IMG/VR virus record: IMGVR_UViG_3300037067_013742
Span: 32,001-96,000 of that record
Strand: one strand, 5' to 3'
Source of the DNA: a virus
Taxonomy: Duplodnaviria > Caudoviricetes
DNA: 64,000 nucleotides
Part shown: piece by piece, positions 54,962 through 64,000 of the stretch
Numbering within the stretch: position 1 is the first letter of the stretch
Layout of the letters: the number at the start of each line of letters is the position of its first letter
Notes under the pieces: model-generated
Databases searched by the model: none
What the model saw: the letters and a program-made list of their open reading frames with translations, nothing else
What the model was told of the DNA's origin: nothing
Program-made: the position numbers and the translations under genes

Positions 54962-56842
54962 ATGAGCACTGGAAACGTTGAAGTCCAAAACCTTCCTGGC
55001 ATCATTGCAGGAATGGTAGAGAGTGGGTTGGGAGTTGAGCCTTACGTAAGAGGTCCCAAAACTCTCGTTCTTGGTGTTGCAGCCCAGGGCCAATCAGCTT
55101 GGCCATATACGGTTACCACATCTTCTATCGCTGCCTCGGAATTTGGCTCTGAGGGAACTCTAACTAGAGGTATGTACGAAGCTCGTCAGGGCGGTGCGGA
55201 GAACGTTGTTCTTTATAGAATGGGTTCTACTTCTGCCAAGCTTATGCACGTAGGCGATGCAACTGGCGCAGCTGGGTATACCATTGAGACTGCAACACGC
55301 GACGACACTGCTGGCGCGTCATATACCATTTACTACGACGATACCAGTGACAGAATTGTTGTTTGGAGTGCAGAGACTGGTCTTGTCGTTTATGATAACG
55401 ACGCAACAGATCCAGTAGACCTTCTAGAGGTTTACGTTAGTGGGCATCGTGCCGCTGCTGGTGGTCCTGATATCGCTGGTCCCTCTGCTGGTTTTGCTCT
55501 TGAAGATGTTGTGGGTCTGGGTCACGCTGGGGCTTCTTATACAGCTGGTACCGATGGCTCTAACCCATCAAGGATGGAGCTCTTCCAGTATCTCTACAAG
55601 GCTTATGACGAGCTAGCCGCTCAAGATTTTGACTATGTCATCCCTATGGATGTTTACCTAGACGATCAGAATATCGTTGATGGTGATGCTTTTGGGGCTA
55701 CCTATCTGGCAAGCATCATAAGTGGTGGAACTTATCCAACCCCGGGCTCTTCAGATGATATTCTCGGAAAGGTTTTTGTCGAGGAATATCACGGTCAGTA
55801 TTATTTCTTCTGGGACCTAGATGGCGACGGTGTTGCTGAGCTTTACCCTAATGGGATTGGCTCTTGCGTTTCTGGAGCAGTAAAGATTTCTGGTGATGTA
55901 ATATCTGCGGCTGACTTCCATGAGGTTAACTTTGGATATCAGCTCGCAAGATTCTGCCACAAGATGTCAGTAGATAACAACTTCGTCCTTGGCGTTGTTG
56001 GCTGTCAGCCACCAGCATCAAATAGCCTAGAAGATATTTCTGCTTGGGTTGGTAAGAAGCCAACCTATACGACCTCGTCTGTTGGCGTGCAGACCATTGC
56101 TCATTTTGTAGACAACGGTACTGGTCTACTTGGCAATAAGTTTATGGCTGGTCAGTATGGGTTCCGTGGCTCTCTTGCTTATGGCGGAATCATCCTTACC
56201 GACACAGAGTTCCTAGATGGCATAGAACTGACCGATACAAATGGCTTCGCCATTGATATTGGTCGGTATATTTCTACCGTCTGCTCTTTCGTCCGTCTCT
56301 TTAACTCTTTCGACCTAAGTGGTCGGGGTTACGTTGTTACAGCCGCGCCAACCTATCTAGCTTATGTTTCATCTCTAGATGAGCAGCAGGCTCCTACAAA
56401 TAAGGTAATGCGAGGCGTTCAGAAGGTTGTAAACCTTAGCCAGCGTTATTGCGACTCACTAGCTGGTTGTGGTTACGTTTCCCTCTTTGAGAAGCCAAAG
56501 GGTCTAACGTGGTCTGATGCTCCTACTTCAGCAAGACCGACTTCTGACTTTAGGCGTCTGGTTACGATGAGGATCGTAAAGAGGGCAGTCAAGGCAGTAA
56601 GAGATGCCGGCGATCCTTTCATCGGTAACTCGTGGAACCCTGCTAAGAAGCAGGCTATGGAAAATGCAATTGGTCAGAAGCTAGACAAGCTGGTGCAGGG
56701 CGGATATATAGTAAGGCATCAGATTGCGCTTCGGCAGACTGCGGTACAAAAGGTTCTTGGGAAGCTCGATGTGGATCTGATGATTGTGCCGAGTTGGGAA
56801 CTTAGGCGAATCACGCTTACCGTAACTCTGCAGCCGCAATAA
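54962..56842 (+). CDS. tail sheath protein
   Basis: EFGSEGTL, PTNK, RLVTMRIV, FIG, IVPSWELRRI. Confidence 0.9.
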   Translation: MSTGNVEVQNLPGIIAGMVESGLGVEPYVRGPKTLVLGVAAQGQSAWPYTVTTSSIAASEFGSEGTLTRGMYEARQGGAENVVLYRMGSTSAKLMHVGDATGAAGYTIETATRDDTAGASYTIYYDDTSDRIVVWSAETGLVVYDNDATDPVDLLEVYVSGHRAAAGGPDIAGPSAGFALEDVVGLGHAGASYTAGTDGSNPSRMELFQYLYKAYDELAAQDFDYVIPMDVYLDDQNIVDGDAFGATYLASIISGGTYPTPGSSDDILGKVFVEEYHGQYYFFWDLDGDGVAELYPNGIGSCVSGAVKISGDVISAADFHEVNFGYQLARFCHKMSVDNNFVLGVVGCQPPASNSLEDISAWVGKKPTYTTSSVGVQTIAHFVDNGTGLLGNKFMAGQYGFRGSLAYGGIILTDTEFLDGIELTDTNGFAIDIGRYISTVCSFVRLFNSFDLSGRGYVVTAAPTYLAYVSSLDEQQAPTNKVMRGVQKVVNLSQRYCDSLAGCGYVSLFEKPKGLTWSDAPTSARPTSDFRRLVTMRIVKRAVKAVRDAGDPFIGNSWNPAKKQAMENAIGQKLDKLVQGGYIVRHQIALRQTAVQKVLGKLDVDLMIVPSWELRRITLTVTLQPQ

Positions 56843-56849
56843 GGAGTGA

Positions 56850-57539
56850 TTGATGGCACGTTCACCAGTTCAGTCTGAGTACGCAGCCTCGTACACAACC
56901 TTCTCTGGTTGTGATATTAAGGCCATCTTTGCCAACGTAACAATTGGCGAGATTCAAGCTATCTCGGTTCAGGTTACTAGGGAGAAAGCCGGCATTTATA
57001 CTATGGGTTCTCCTAACCCTCGTTCTTTCTCAAGAGGCAAGCGTGGTATTGCCGGCTCTATGATCTTTATTCAGTTTGATAGAGATACGATTCTATCTTA
57101 CCTATCAGAGCTGAAGTTCCAAGGAGACATCGAGGAGCTAAGAGCCGACAGTGTAGATGACACGACTTCTCTAGAGTGGCAGATTAGAGCAGCGAGCGAA
57201 CGGGGTAATAGCGTTACAGCTGCAACTCCTCTTGGTGGTGAGCCTGGTGGTGTTCAGCAGGAGCTAGACCTTACTTCAGTTGATAGTGACCAGGAAGTAA
57301 TGTCGGCCTTCTACGCTGATCAGATTCCGCCATTCGATATCACGCTAACTGGCGCTAATGAGTATGGCGATCTTGCCAAGATGGCAATCTTTGGTGTTGA
57401 GTTCCTCAATGAAGGTTGGGGCATTTCAATTGACGACCTAGTCTCTGAGAAGCAGTATACCTATCTCTGTCGCAACGTCTCGTGGTGGCAGTGGGTTAGG
57501 AACGACAACATTGATCGTCTCCGCAGAATCTCTTCATAA
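56850..57539 (+). CDS. tail tube protein
   Basis: Follows the sheath; FSGCDI, RGKRGIAGS, DQIPPFDI, ANEYG, SIDD. Confidence 0.8.
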   Translation: MMARSPVQSEYAASYTTFSGCDIKAIFANVTIGEIQAISVQVTREKAGIYTMGSPNPRSFSRGKRGIAGSMIFIQFDRDTILSYLSELKFQGDIEELRADSVDDTTSLEWQIRAASERGNSVTAATPLGGEPGGVQQELDLTSVDSDQEVMSAFYADQIPPFDITLTGANEYGDLAKMAIFGVEFLNEGWGISIDDLVSEKQYTYLCRNVSWWQWVRNDNIDRLRRISS

Positions 57540-57580
57540 TCTAGTTTGACCTTTCCTTCTTTCCTACCTATTATCTCTGT

Positions 57581-58705
57581 ATGACGAATGAAGGAGACCA
57601 GGTAAGAGATATCCTTGACACGTATATCTTTACTAATTCTAGTAGAGAAGCTCTACCCGCAAACCAAGATCGAGATGTTGATGCTTTAGTTAATGGTCTT
57701 ACTGGTGGAGGGAGAGGTTCGCAGCATACGAGTGAGGGCCTTTTAGGGATGTATGCTTATTCTGGGGCAGACATTAAGCTGGTAGTTCATCTTCCTCCCG
57801 ATGCAAATGGTGAGAGTAATAGCACTCAGCTTCGAGAGGCTCAAGAGCAGCTAACAGTAGCCCAGCGGGCGCTAGAGAGAGCCCAGGCGACAGATTCAAC
57901 TCCATTACGAACAACTCTAGAGGGACTAAGCGCAGATGCGGAGGCAAGACGCGTAATAATACAAGGTATGGATCCCTCTGATCCAACCCTTGCAACAGAA
58001 GAGGCCGAGCTTGAAGCTGTTGAGGCTCGCTATCGTGATATTAGGGCCCAGTATCAAGCGGCTCAGAGAGATGAGCAGTCTCGAGCCGAACTGGAAGCTG
58101 AGGTAAATACTTTATCCGCAAGTGTCCAAGCTCTTCAAGAGGATGGTCATGCAAACGCCCTATCTTCTAGAACTAAAGTATTAGCCGAGATATCTACCCT
58201 CTCAGTTTCTATCTTTAGAGAGAAGAGTCCAGTTCGTCCATTAGGTACGACTTACGTAAGGTCCTATTGTCGAGGTCCGCGCACCATAAGTGGATCTATG
58301 GTCGTTGCGGTCTTTGATAAGCATATGTTCCATGAGTTCTTTGAGACGGCATCATATAGATCTACTGGCGTTGGAGACTGGGATAGATTTACTTACTCTT
58401 CTTTTATTACTGATCAGTTACCACCGCTAGATATATCAGTTTGCTTTGCTAACGAGTATGGAAACTTCTCTTGGATGGGTCTTCTAGGGGTAGAGTTTGT
58501 TAGTGAGGGTATGACAATGTCCATTGAGGATCTCTTCGTTGAAGGAGTTCATCAGTGGGTCGCTCGTGATATAGACTTATTAAGAAATGTTGGTCGGAGA
58601 GGCTATCGTCCCAATGTTGGAGTTGGACAGAATCTCACGGGTACTAGTATCTTAAGAGAAGCGTTTGCTCAACGGTTTATTGGGCGAAATAATCCGTTTA
58701 TTTAG
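57581..58705 (+). CDS. tail-tube paralog with coiled-coil insertion
   Basis: YSGADI, RGPRTISGS, DQLPPLDI, ANEYG, SIED. Confidence 0.75.
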   Translation: MTNEGDQVRDILDTYIFTNSSREALPANQDRDVDALVNGLTGGGRGSQHTSEGLLGMYAYSGADIKLVVHLPPDANGESNSTQLREAQEQLTVAQRALERAQATDSTPLRTTLEGLSADAEARRVIIQGMDPSDPTLATEEAELEAVEARYRDIRAQYQAAQRDEQSRAELEAEVNTLSASVQALQEDGHANALSSRTKVLAEISTLSVSIFREKSPVRPLGTTYVRSYCRGPRTISGSMVVAVFDKHMFHEFFETASYRSTGVGDWDRFTYSSFITDQLPPLDISVCFANEYGNFSWMGLLGVEFVSEGMTMSIEDLFVEGVHQWVARDIDLLRNVGRRGYRPNVGVGQNLTGTSILREAFAQRFIGRNNPFI

Positions 58706-58713
58706 GGAGTTAT

Positions 58714-61074
58714 ATGGCTATCGACTTCCCACCCCAAATGGGCAGAATCATTTACGAATACGACTATTTTTGTATGGCAAAAGATACCCCTATCTTGTGT
58801 AGGGGGCAAGATGGTCAGATATCATTAAAACCAGTTCAAGAGATATCTCACGGGGATATGGTTGTCTCTATAAATAAGGAGACTAGTAAGCAAGAGTGGA
58901 AGAGCGTAAGGCTTCATATTAAAGAGACCAATGATTCTATGCTTTCCATTAGGGCGAAGACTCAATTTATTGTTTCTAAAGACCATAAAATGATTCTGCC
59001 AGACCTCTCAGAGGAGAGCGCGGGTAATTTAGAGCGCGGTACTTATCTTCTAGGGGTCTCGAAAATTGAGCTCCCGTCAGATACTGAGCGGCTCGATCTT
59101 TTGAGTTCTATTGGCCCACCTCCCGAATGGGTTGTCGTAGATGAAAACTCTCTTTCTTATCTAAGAAAGAGGGGAAGAGGTAAGGGAAAGCTTTGTATTG
59201 AGGGGAAGATAGATCGCTATACACATCTAACTTATGACTTCGGTCTTTTCCTGGGTCTCTATCTTGCTGAAGGTTCTTGTTTTAAGAATACGACGATCTT
59301 TTCTTTAAGCGAGCACGAACCAGAGCTTTCTAGTTTAATTGAGTTGCTTTCCGAAAAGTGTTTTGGGCTAAGGGCTTTAACAAAAGTTTTTTCGCAATAC
59401 ACAAGGCGTACAGTTTTTATTCATAATAAAATGTTTTCTTACTTGTGGAGGTCTTTAATACCAGGAGATTGTTACTCTAAGAGTCTTCCAGCCTGGGCCT
59501 TTTCTGCGCCAGAAGATTTTAAACTTGGGGTAATTCAAGGATGGTTGCTTGGAGACGGTTCTGTTAGTGATAGGACTGTTTTTGGGAAAACGACAAGTCG
59601 GTTACTTGCTTATGGGATTCATACCCTTGCTCTTTCTCTAGGAATTGAATCTTCCATTTCTCAAGAGAAGAGAGTATTTATTTTAACTTTTTCTACAGCA
59701 CAAAACATTAAGAGGCTTTGTTTAGAAAAGACGGTTTGGAAACATACTCAAAGAGTAGAGGAGATTATCTCTAATGGGTGGGATAACTCCGGAGAATATT
59801 TCAGAGAGAAGTTTTCCCGATTTTATAAATCGGGCATTTCTAAAGATGAGTTTATAAAAGCTTCTCATATCTCAGAGCAGAGAATAAGACGTGAGTTTGG
59901 TTCTTGGGCAGGCTTTTTATACGAGATGGGGGCTGGTGGCTCTGCTCTTAAATGTAGAGGACTAACCAAAGATCAAATCTTAGAGATTGCGCACGAATGG
60001 CTAAAGGGCAACACATTCTCGATTCTTGCTTGGGATAGTGATCCAAGTGCTCCTTCTCAAAGAGCTATTCGGAAGTATTTTTCTGGGGTGGAAGATTTTC
60101 TAGAGCAGGCAAAGGGCTTTATAAAGGCAGAAGTTGCTGAAAACAGCAACAGTCTTATTCCTAAAAAGATAACAAGGTGTGAAGAGGTTAAATATGAAGA
60201 AGATTTTGTTTATGATCTAGAGGTTAAGGACAATCATAACTTCCTTATAGGGGGTGTGGTTTCACATAATTCTGGTAGTCAAGTTATGGTCTATTTTAGT
60301 GATGTTCTAGTAGATGATATCTGTCGTATTGCTTGGGGCGTAACACAGAACAGGCAGCCGATTTATGGGTATGCCTCTCAATACTTTGCTGCATTAGCAG
60401 CTGGGGTTGTAATTGGTGGTGGCTCTTTTTGGATAGCATTTAAAGAAGCTGCTTATATCCCAGCTATTCTAAATTATATTGGCTCTAGGCTAACTGGTGG
60501 AGAAGACGACATTTATCCATCTCCAGCAATACGGCCGTCGAATGCTCAAAGGGTTACGGCAAACCTTGTTGGTAGTGCCCAGATTTTTGAGGGCACATTT
60601 GGAGAGGGTGGAGTAAGGCAATCTGGTTCGATTACTAGGGCTAATATAGAAACAACCCTTAATGCAAATAACCAGAACCCAGATGATGCTGAAACGCAAG
60701 CTAGGCTAATGCAATACGCGGCCAATATAGCCGCTCTTCCTGATCGGGAATTTGAAGATATGGCTGAGTTCTTTGAAGATGCTGTTTGGTATGGGGGTGG
60801 TTCTAACGCAGAGGGGATGGGAAGAAGAGAAGCCGCAAGTGGCAACTGGACTGGAGGAGCTGACGAGAATTCTCTAATGCTTCATAGGCGGGCAGATCAA
60901 TATCCTCCATTTGACATAATCATAGCTTTCGGTGATATAAATAATGCTGCTTCAAATCATACTGTGGTTAGGCTTAACGATGTTACTATTACTGACACAA
61001 AGTTTGTGGGAATAGAAACCTCTGGAGACCCAATCGCTGTACAGTATGATTTCATTTTCAGAAACCATATGTAG
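58714..61074 (+). CDS. tail-tube/baseplate-hub paralog with intein
   Basis: Spliced extein YDYF|SGSQV, PIYGY, DQYPPFDI. Confidence 0.8.
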   Translation: MAIDFPPQMGRIIYEYDYFCMAKDTPILCRGQDGQISLKPVQEISHGDMVVSINKETSKQEWKSVRLHIKETNDSMLSIRAKTQFIVSKDHKMILPDLSEESAGNLERGTYLLGVSKIELPSDTERLDLLSSIGPPPEWVVVDENSLSYLRKRGRGKGKLCIEGKIDRYTHLTYDFGLFLGLYLAEGSCFKNTTIFSLSEHEPELSSLIELLSEKCFGLRALTKVFSQYTRRTVFIHNKMFSYLWRSLIPGDCYSKSLPAWAFSAPEDFKLGVIQGWLLGDGSVSDRTVFGKTTSRLLAYGIHTLALSLGIESSISQEKRVFILTFSTAQNIKRLCLEKTVWKHTQRVEEIISNGWDNSGEYFREKFSRFYKSGISKDEFIKASHISEQRIRREFGSWAGFLYEMGAGGSALKCRGLTKDQILEIAHEWLKGNTFSILAWDSDPSAPSQRAIRKYFSGVEDFLEQAKGFIKAEVAENSNSLIPKKITRCEEVKYEEDFVYDLEVKDNHNFLIGGVVSHNSGSQVMVYFSDVLVDDICRIAWGVTQNRQPIYGYASQYFAALAAGVVIGGGSFWIAFKEAAYIPAILNYIGSRLTGGEDDIYPSPAIRPSNAQRVTANLVGSAQIFEGTFGEGGVRQSGSITRANIETTLNANNQNPDDAETQARLMQYAANIAALPDREFEDMAEFFEDAVWYGGGSNAEGMGRREAASGNWTGGADENSLMLHRRADQYPPFDIIIAFGDINNAASNHTVVRLNDVTITDTKFVGIETSGDPIAVQYDFIFRNHM
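58771..60270 (+). mobile_element. intein with LAGLIDADG endonuclease (500 aa)
   Basis: F|CMAKDT, SKDHK, FLGLYLAEG, IQGWLLGDG, VYDLEVKDNHNFL..VVSHN|S. Confidence 0.92.
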
Positions 61075-61110
61075 TGTGTGCTATAGTCTAGCCTTAGGAG
61101 ATTAAGACAA

Positions 61111-61689
61111 ATGGGTGAGTTTGGAACTATCGATGGCGAGCGTGATATTCCGATGGACGACGAAGCTCTAAAGGATATGCTTTCACGTCGGCCTGGATCT
61201 TCTGTAGAGATCGAGAGAGAGGCTCCTCCAGAAATGCCCGTGATCCCTTCTCAGGGAAAGGCAAAGGCCGTAACCCTCCCCCAAGAGAACGAGGGTCCAG
61301 ATAAGGAAATGAAGTCAACAATGCGACTTCCGCCAGAGGATGTTCGTAAGAGACTTAAGGCTAAGTATGGTGAGCTGAAGGTTGTACCAATTCCATATCT
61401 TTCTGGGGATGACGGAGTTCAGTGCTTCGTTATGAAGACTCTTATGCGGAGTGAGTGGCGTGCTGCAGAAGAGTTCGCGGCTAAGACAGCAGAGAGCAAG
61501 CCTGGCGTATCTCCACAAGAGATTCTTGAGGAGAAGGTTGTAGCTAGGGCTATCGTATGGCCTGAATTTCCAGAGAGTGAGTTTCCAGCTCAGCCGGCCG
61601 GTCTAATTACAACCCTATTTGGTATTGCTCAGCAGATGGCCTGCTTCTTTAACCCAGAAGCAATTATGCAGCTTACCTTCTCTCTGTAG
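61111..61689 (+). CDS. putative tail assembly chaperone
   Basis: AGGAG RBS; between tube genes and the tape-measure-like gene. Confidence 0.55.
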   Translation: MGEFGTIDGERDIPMDDEALKDMLSRRPGSSVEIEREAPPEMPVIPSQGKAKAVTLPQENEGPDKEMKSTMRLPPEDVRKRLKAKYGELKVVPIPYLSGDDGVQCFVMKTLMRSEWRAAEEFAAKTAESKPGVSPQEILEEKVVARAIVWPEFPESEFPAQPAGLITTLFGIAQQMACFFNPEAIMQLTFSL

Positions 61690-61694
61690 GCTTT

Positions 61695-62372
61695 ATGGAC
61701 CTTGTCGAGCTTAAGAAAAAGTATCGGCAAATATTCTTCCTAAAGCTTGCCGGAACTCAGATAACCTTTCGTCTTCCAACCTGGCGAGAGCACGATATTT
61801 ATGAAAAGGTATTCACCTTTTCTAAAGAGCCAAGGGGTCAGATTGAGGACAAGCTTTTTCGAGAGCTATGTCTCGATCCTATTCTCGTAGATGAGATGAA
61901 TAATCTTCCGGCCGGTATCGTTCCAACGGTCGTTGGGGTTGCCATTCTTCTTTCAGGCAACAACCTCTCAGATCAAGATAAGATAGACAGACTTAATACT
62001 GATCTAGAACTCATAAGAAATGGCGTTAACTCTAATCCATATGAATTTCTTATCATTACAATATGTAAAGCTTTTCCTAGCTTTAAGCCTTCTGAAGTAG
62101 AAGATCTTTCTTATTGGGAAGTTCTTCGGCTATCCGCTATGGCTGAGCAGGTTTTGGCTTTAGAAACACCAATCAAGTTTGTTACAGATAAGAAGCCCAA
62201 GAGTCTTACCGATAAGCTTTTTGAAGATGCCGCGGCAGCAGAAAAGGCCGATTCCGTAGAACGTCCAAAACCAGATAGGCAGCAGGATGCTCGTCGTCCA
62301 GTAACTCCCGAGCAAGTAAGACAAGCTGAGATGATAAGAAGGATTCAGGAAAAGAATCGTAGTGGCCGATAA
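61695..62372 (+). CDS. putative tail assembly chaperone 2
   Basis: LKKKY..., PAGI..T shared with the previous ORF; PSEVEDL. Confidence 0.55.
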   Translation: MDLVELKKKYRQIFFLKLAGTQITFRLPTWREHDIYEKVFTFSKEPRGQIEDKLFRELCLDPILVDEMNNLPAGIVPTVVGVAILLSGNNLSDQDKIDRLNTDLELIRNGVNSNPYEFLIITICKAFPSFKPSEVEDLSYWEVLRLSAMAEQVLALETPIKFVTDKKPKSLTDKLFEDAAAAEKADSVERPKPDRQQDARRPVTPEQVRQAEMIRRIQEKNRSGR

Positions 62373-62397
62373 CTCTCTCCTATAGTATCCTGACCTT

Positions 62398-64000
62398 GTG
62401 GCATATTCCCGCGAAGAATTTAATAGCTATGTAGAAAATGACCTCACCCAAAAGAAGAGTCGTTTTCCCTGGGGTCCAGCTTTAGGTATTGGTATTCCAG
62501 TTGGTGGCTTTCTCATTGGTTCAATGAGAACCAAGTCCGGGGGAAGGGTTTGGGACCACTTCTATAAAGGCCTACAGCACCTTGAAGGTGCTATGCCTAT
62601 GGGCTTTGCGGCAACCTTCCATGGCTCTGAGTTTATGTCTCCCCTGGCCGCGCCGAAATCTTTTCATCTCTCTCCAGAAGATCACCCAGAGCTCTTTAAA
62701 AGTAAGAAGTTTCGCTATTACCTTTCTGAGGTAACTGGCAAAAGAGTTAGCGAACTTAAAAAGCTTGGGGTTTTCGAGAAAGGAGTTAGTTGGAATCAAG
62801 GGTCTGGATACCTTGGAGATCTTAGTGTTACTGGTGGCCCGACTATTGGGACAAACGTCGCCGCCTTATCTACCGGACCAAGACGTAAAGGAACCGCTCT
62901 TGAATGGTTTGCTAGAGTTTCTGGACTAGATGACGCTTCCTTCTTTACTAACCTAGACGAGAAGAAGGGGCTTCGTCCAGCCTGGATGCCTGCTGGTGCT
63001 GGTGGATCAAAAGGAAAACTAGCAGGTAGATACGCAAACTCGGTCTTCTCATGGGCAATGGGAAGAATGAACCTCTTGCTTACATCTCCATTTGACCTGG
63101 AGGTAATGCAAGAGTTTGTTAGTAAGGTTCCACTTCTTCGAAAGCTAAATCTTGGTGTTAAGCCTGGTACTGGCGCCCAAATGTTGTGGCGCTATACCAA
63201 GAAGGCTGGCGTTGCTCTTGGTGCTTATCATCTTCTTAAGTACGGTGACTATCTAGCTAGAGAGCACGGAACTCCTGCTGCTGTTGCTGTTGGAGCTGCA
63301 GTAGGTGCTGGCGCTGGGCTAGCAATAGGTCTCAGAGCAGCTAAAGGAAGGCCCGGACGTTATGCCTTAATCGGGGCTGGAGTTGGAGCTGCATTAGGTT
63401 TAGGCCCCTTCCGTCATGGTCCAATAAGTGGTCTAGCCGAGCTTTATGCTGGAGTACAAACAAACCGAGCCGGGGTTTCTACTGGACTTGGTTTTAGTGA
63501 GGGGAAAAGAAAGACAGAAGATTATTTCCCCGGACTAACCAAACCAACAACTCTAGTTGGAATGGCCGCGATGGGATTAGTTCTAGGAGGTGCCTGGAAC
63601 TGGTCTCAGAAGATGACTCTAGTCAAAGAGTTATCTGGTAAAGGAATTCCTCCAGGTAGTGGTGGGGCTCCAGGAAAAGGCGCTGTTAAAGGCGTCTACG
63701 AGCTTGCTGATAAGCAGATAGCAGATAAGGCAGAGGCAATCCATGATTCCCTAAAAGCCATTGCTGATAAGCAAAAGGGAGTCTCTAAGATAGTTACCCA
63801 GATTCGCCAGAGAATGGCTGGGACTCGGAAGGGTAAAGAGTTTAGTGCTGCTGGCGCTGGCAAATACGCGGCCGTTGGAGCTGGCATATATACAGCTGCA
63901 GCTGTTGTAGGGAGCGCTGTTGCTGGTGATTATGCTGGTGCTGCTTTGCAGACAGTTGCAAGCGTTGGGGCTGCGGTTGCTTATGCTAAGAAGGGTCCTA
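62398..64000 (+). CDS. tape-measure-like protein, partial (runs off the window)
   Basis: GTG start; open Gly/Ala-rich frame with hydrophobic segments up to the window end. Confidence 0.65.
   Translation, partial: MAYSREEFNSYVENDLTQKKSRFPWGPALGIGIPVGGFLIGSMRTKSGGRVWDHFYKGLQHLEGAMPMGFAATFHGSEFMSPLAAPKSFHLSPEDHPELFKSKKFRYYLSEVTGKRVSELKKLGVFEKGVSWNQGSGYLGDLSVTGGPTIGTNVAALSTGPRRKGTALEWFARVSGLDDASFFTNLDEKKGLRPAWMPAGAGGSKGKLAGRYANSVFSWAMGRMNLLLTSPFDLEVMQEFVSKVPLLRKLNLGVKPGTGAQMLWRYTKKAGVALGAYHLLKYGDYLAREHGTPAAVAVGAAVGAGAGLAIGLRAAKGRPGRYALIGAGVGAALGLGPFRHGPISGLAELYAGVQTNRAGVSTGLGFSEGKRKTEDYFPGLTKPTTLVGMAAMGLVLGGAWNWSQKMTLVKELSGKGIPPGSGGAPGKGAVKGVYELADKQIADKAEAIHDSLKAIADKQKGVSKIVTQIRQRMAGTRKGKEFSAAGAGKYAAVGAGIYTAAAVVGSAVAGDYAGAALQTVASVGAAVAYAKKGP

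Noticed and set aside
28000-64000. Stop-codon reassignment
   Set aside because: Core genes are full length in the standard code and TAG, TGA and TAA all end genes at sensible positions.

Overview
Segment of a large tailed (myovirus-type, probably jumbo) phage genome read in the standard code. The left arm (1-27.0 kb) is almost entirely minus-strand and holds small accessory/early genes in a mosaic of AT-rich and GC-rich blocks. It includes four free-standing homing endonuclease genes (HEGs), a tRNA-Leu(TAG), several non-canonical tRNA-like RNAs, a structured ncRNA cluster, two ribosomal L7/L12-domain proteins, SpoVG-, SLOG- and DUF488-like genes, and a Csx20-like candidate ring nuclease. A non-coding strand switch (27.0-27.9 kb) leads into a plus-strand arm: Hsp20, an HNH-IMPDH/GMPR fusion, a 1463-aa exonuclease/kinase polyprotein, TerL with an intein, portal-MuF, protease/scaffold, capsid, neck, sheath, tube paralogs (one with an intein), chaperones and a truncated tape-measure-like gene. 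The main pattern is that HEGs sit inside broken resident genes whose stubs are still readable (tRNA-Leu, IMPDH/GMPR, a CGPYSRES-motif gene, rtcB). In three of the four cases a diverged intact copy of the broken part sits beside the nuclease. All five HEG-bearing genes appear to have their own leaderless extended -10 promoter. All family calls come from motif recognition; no searches were run.
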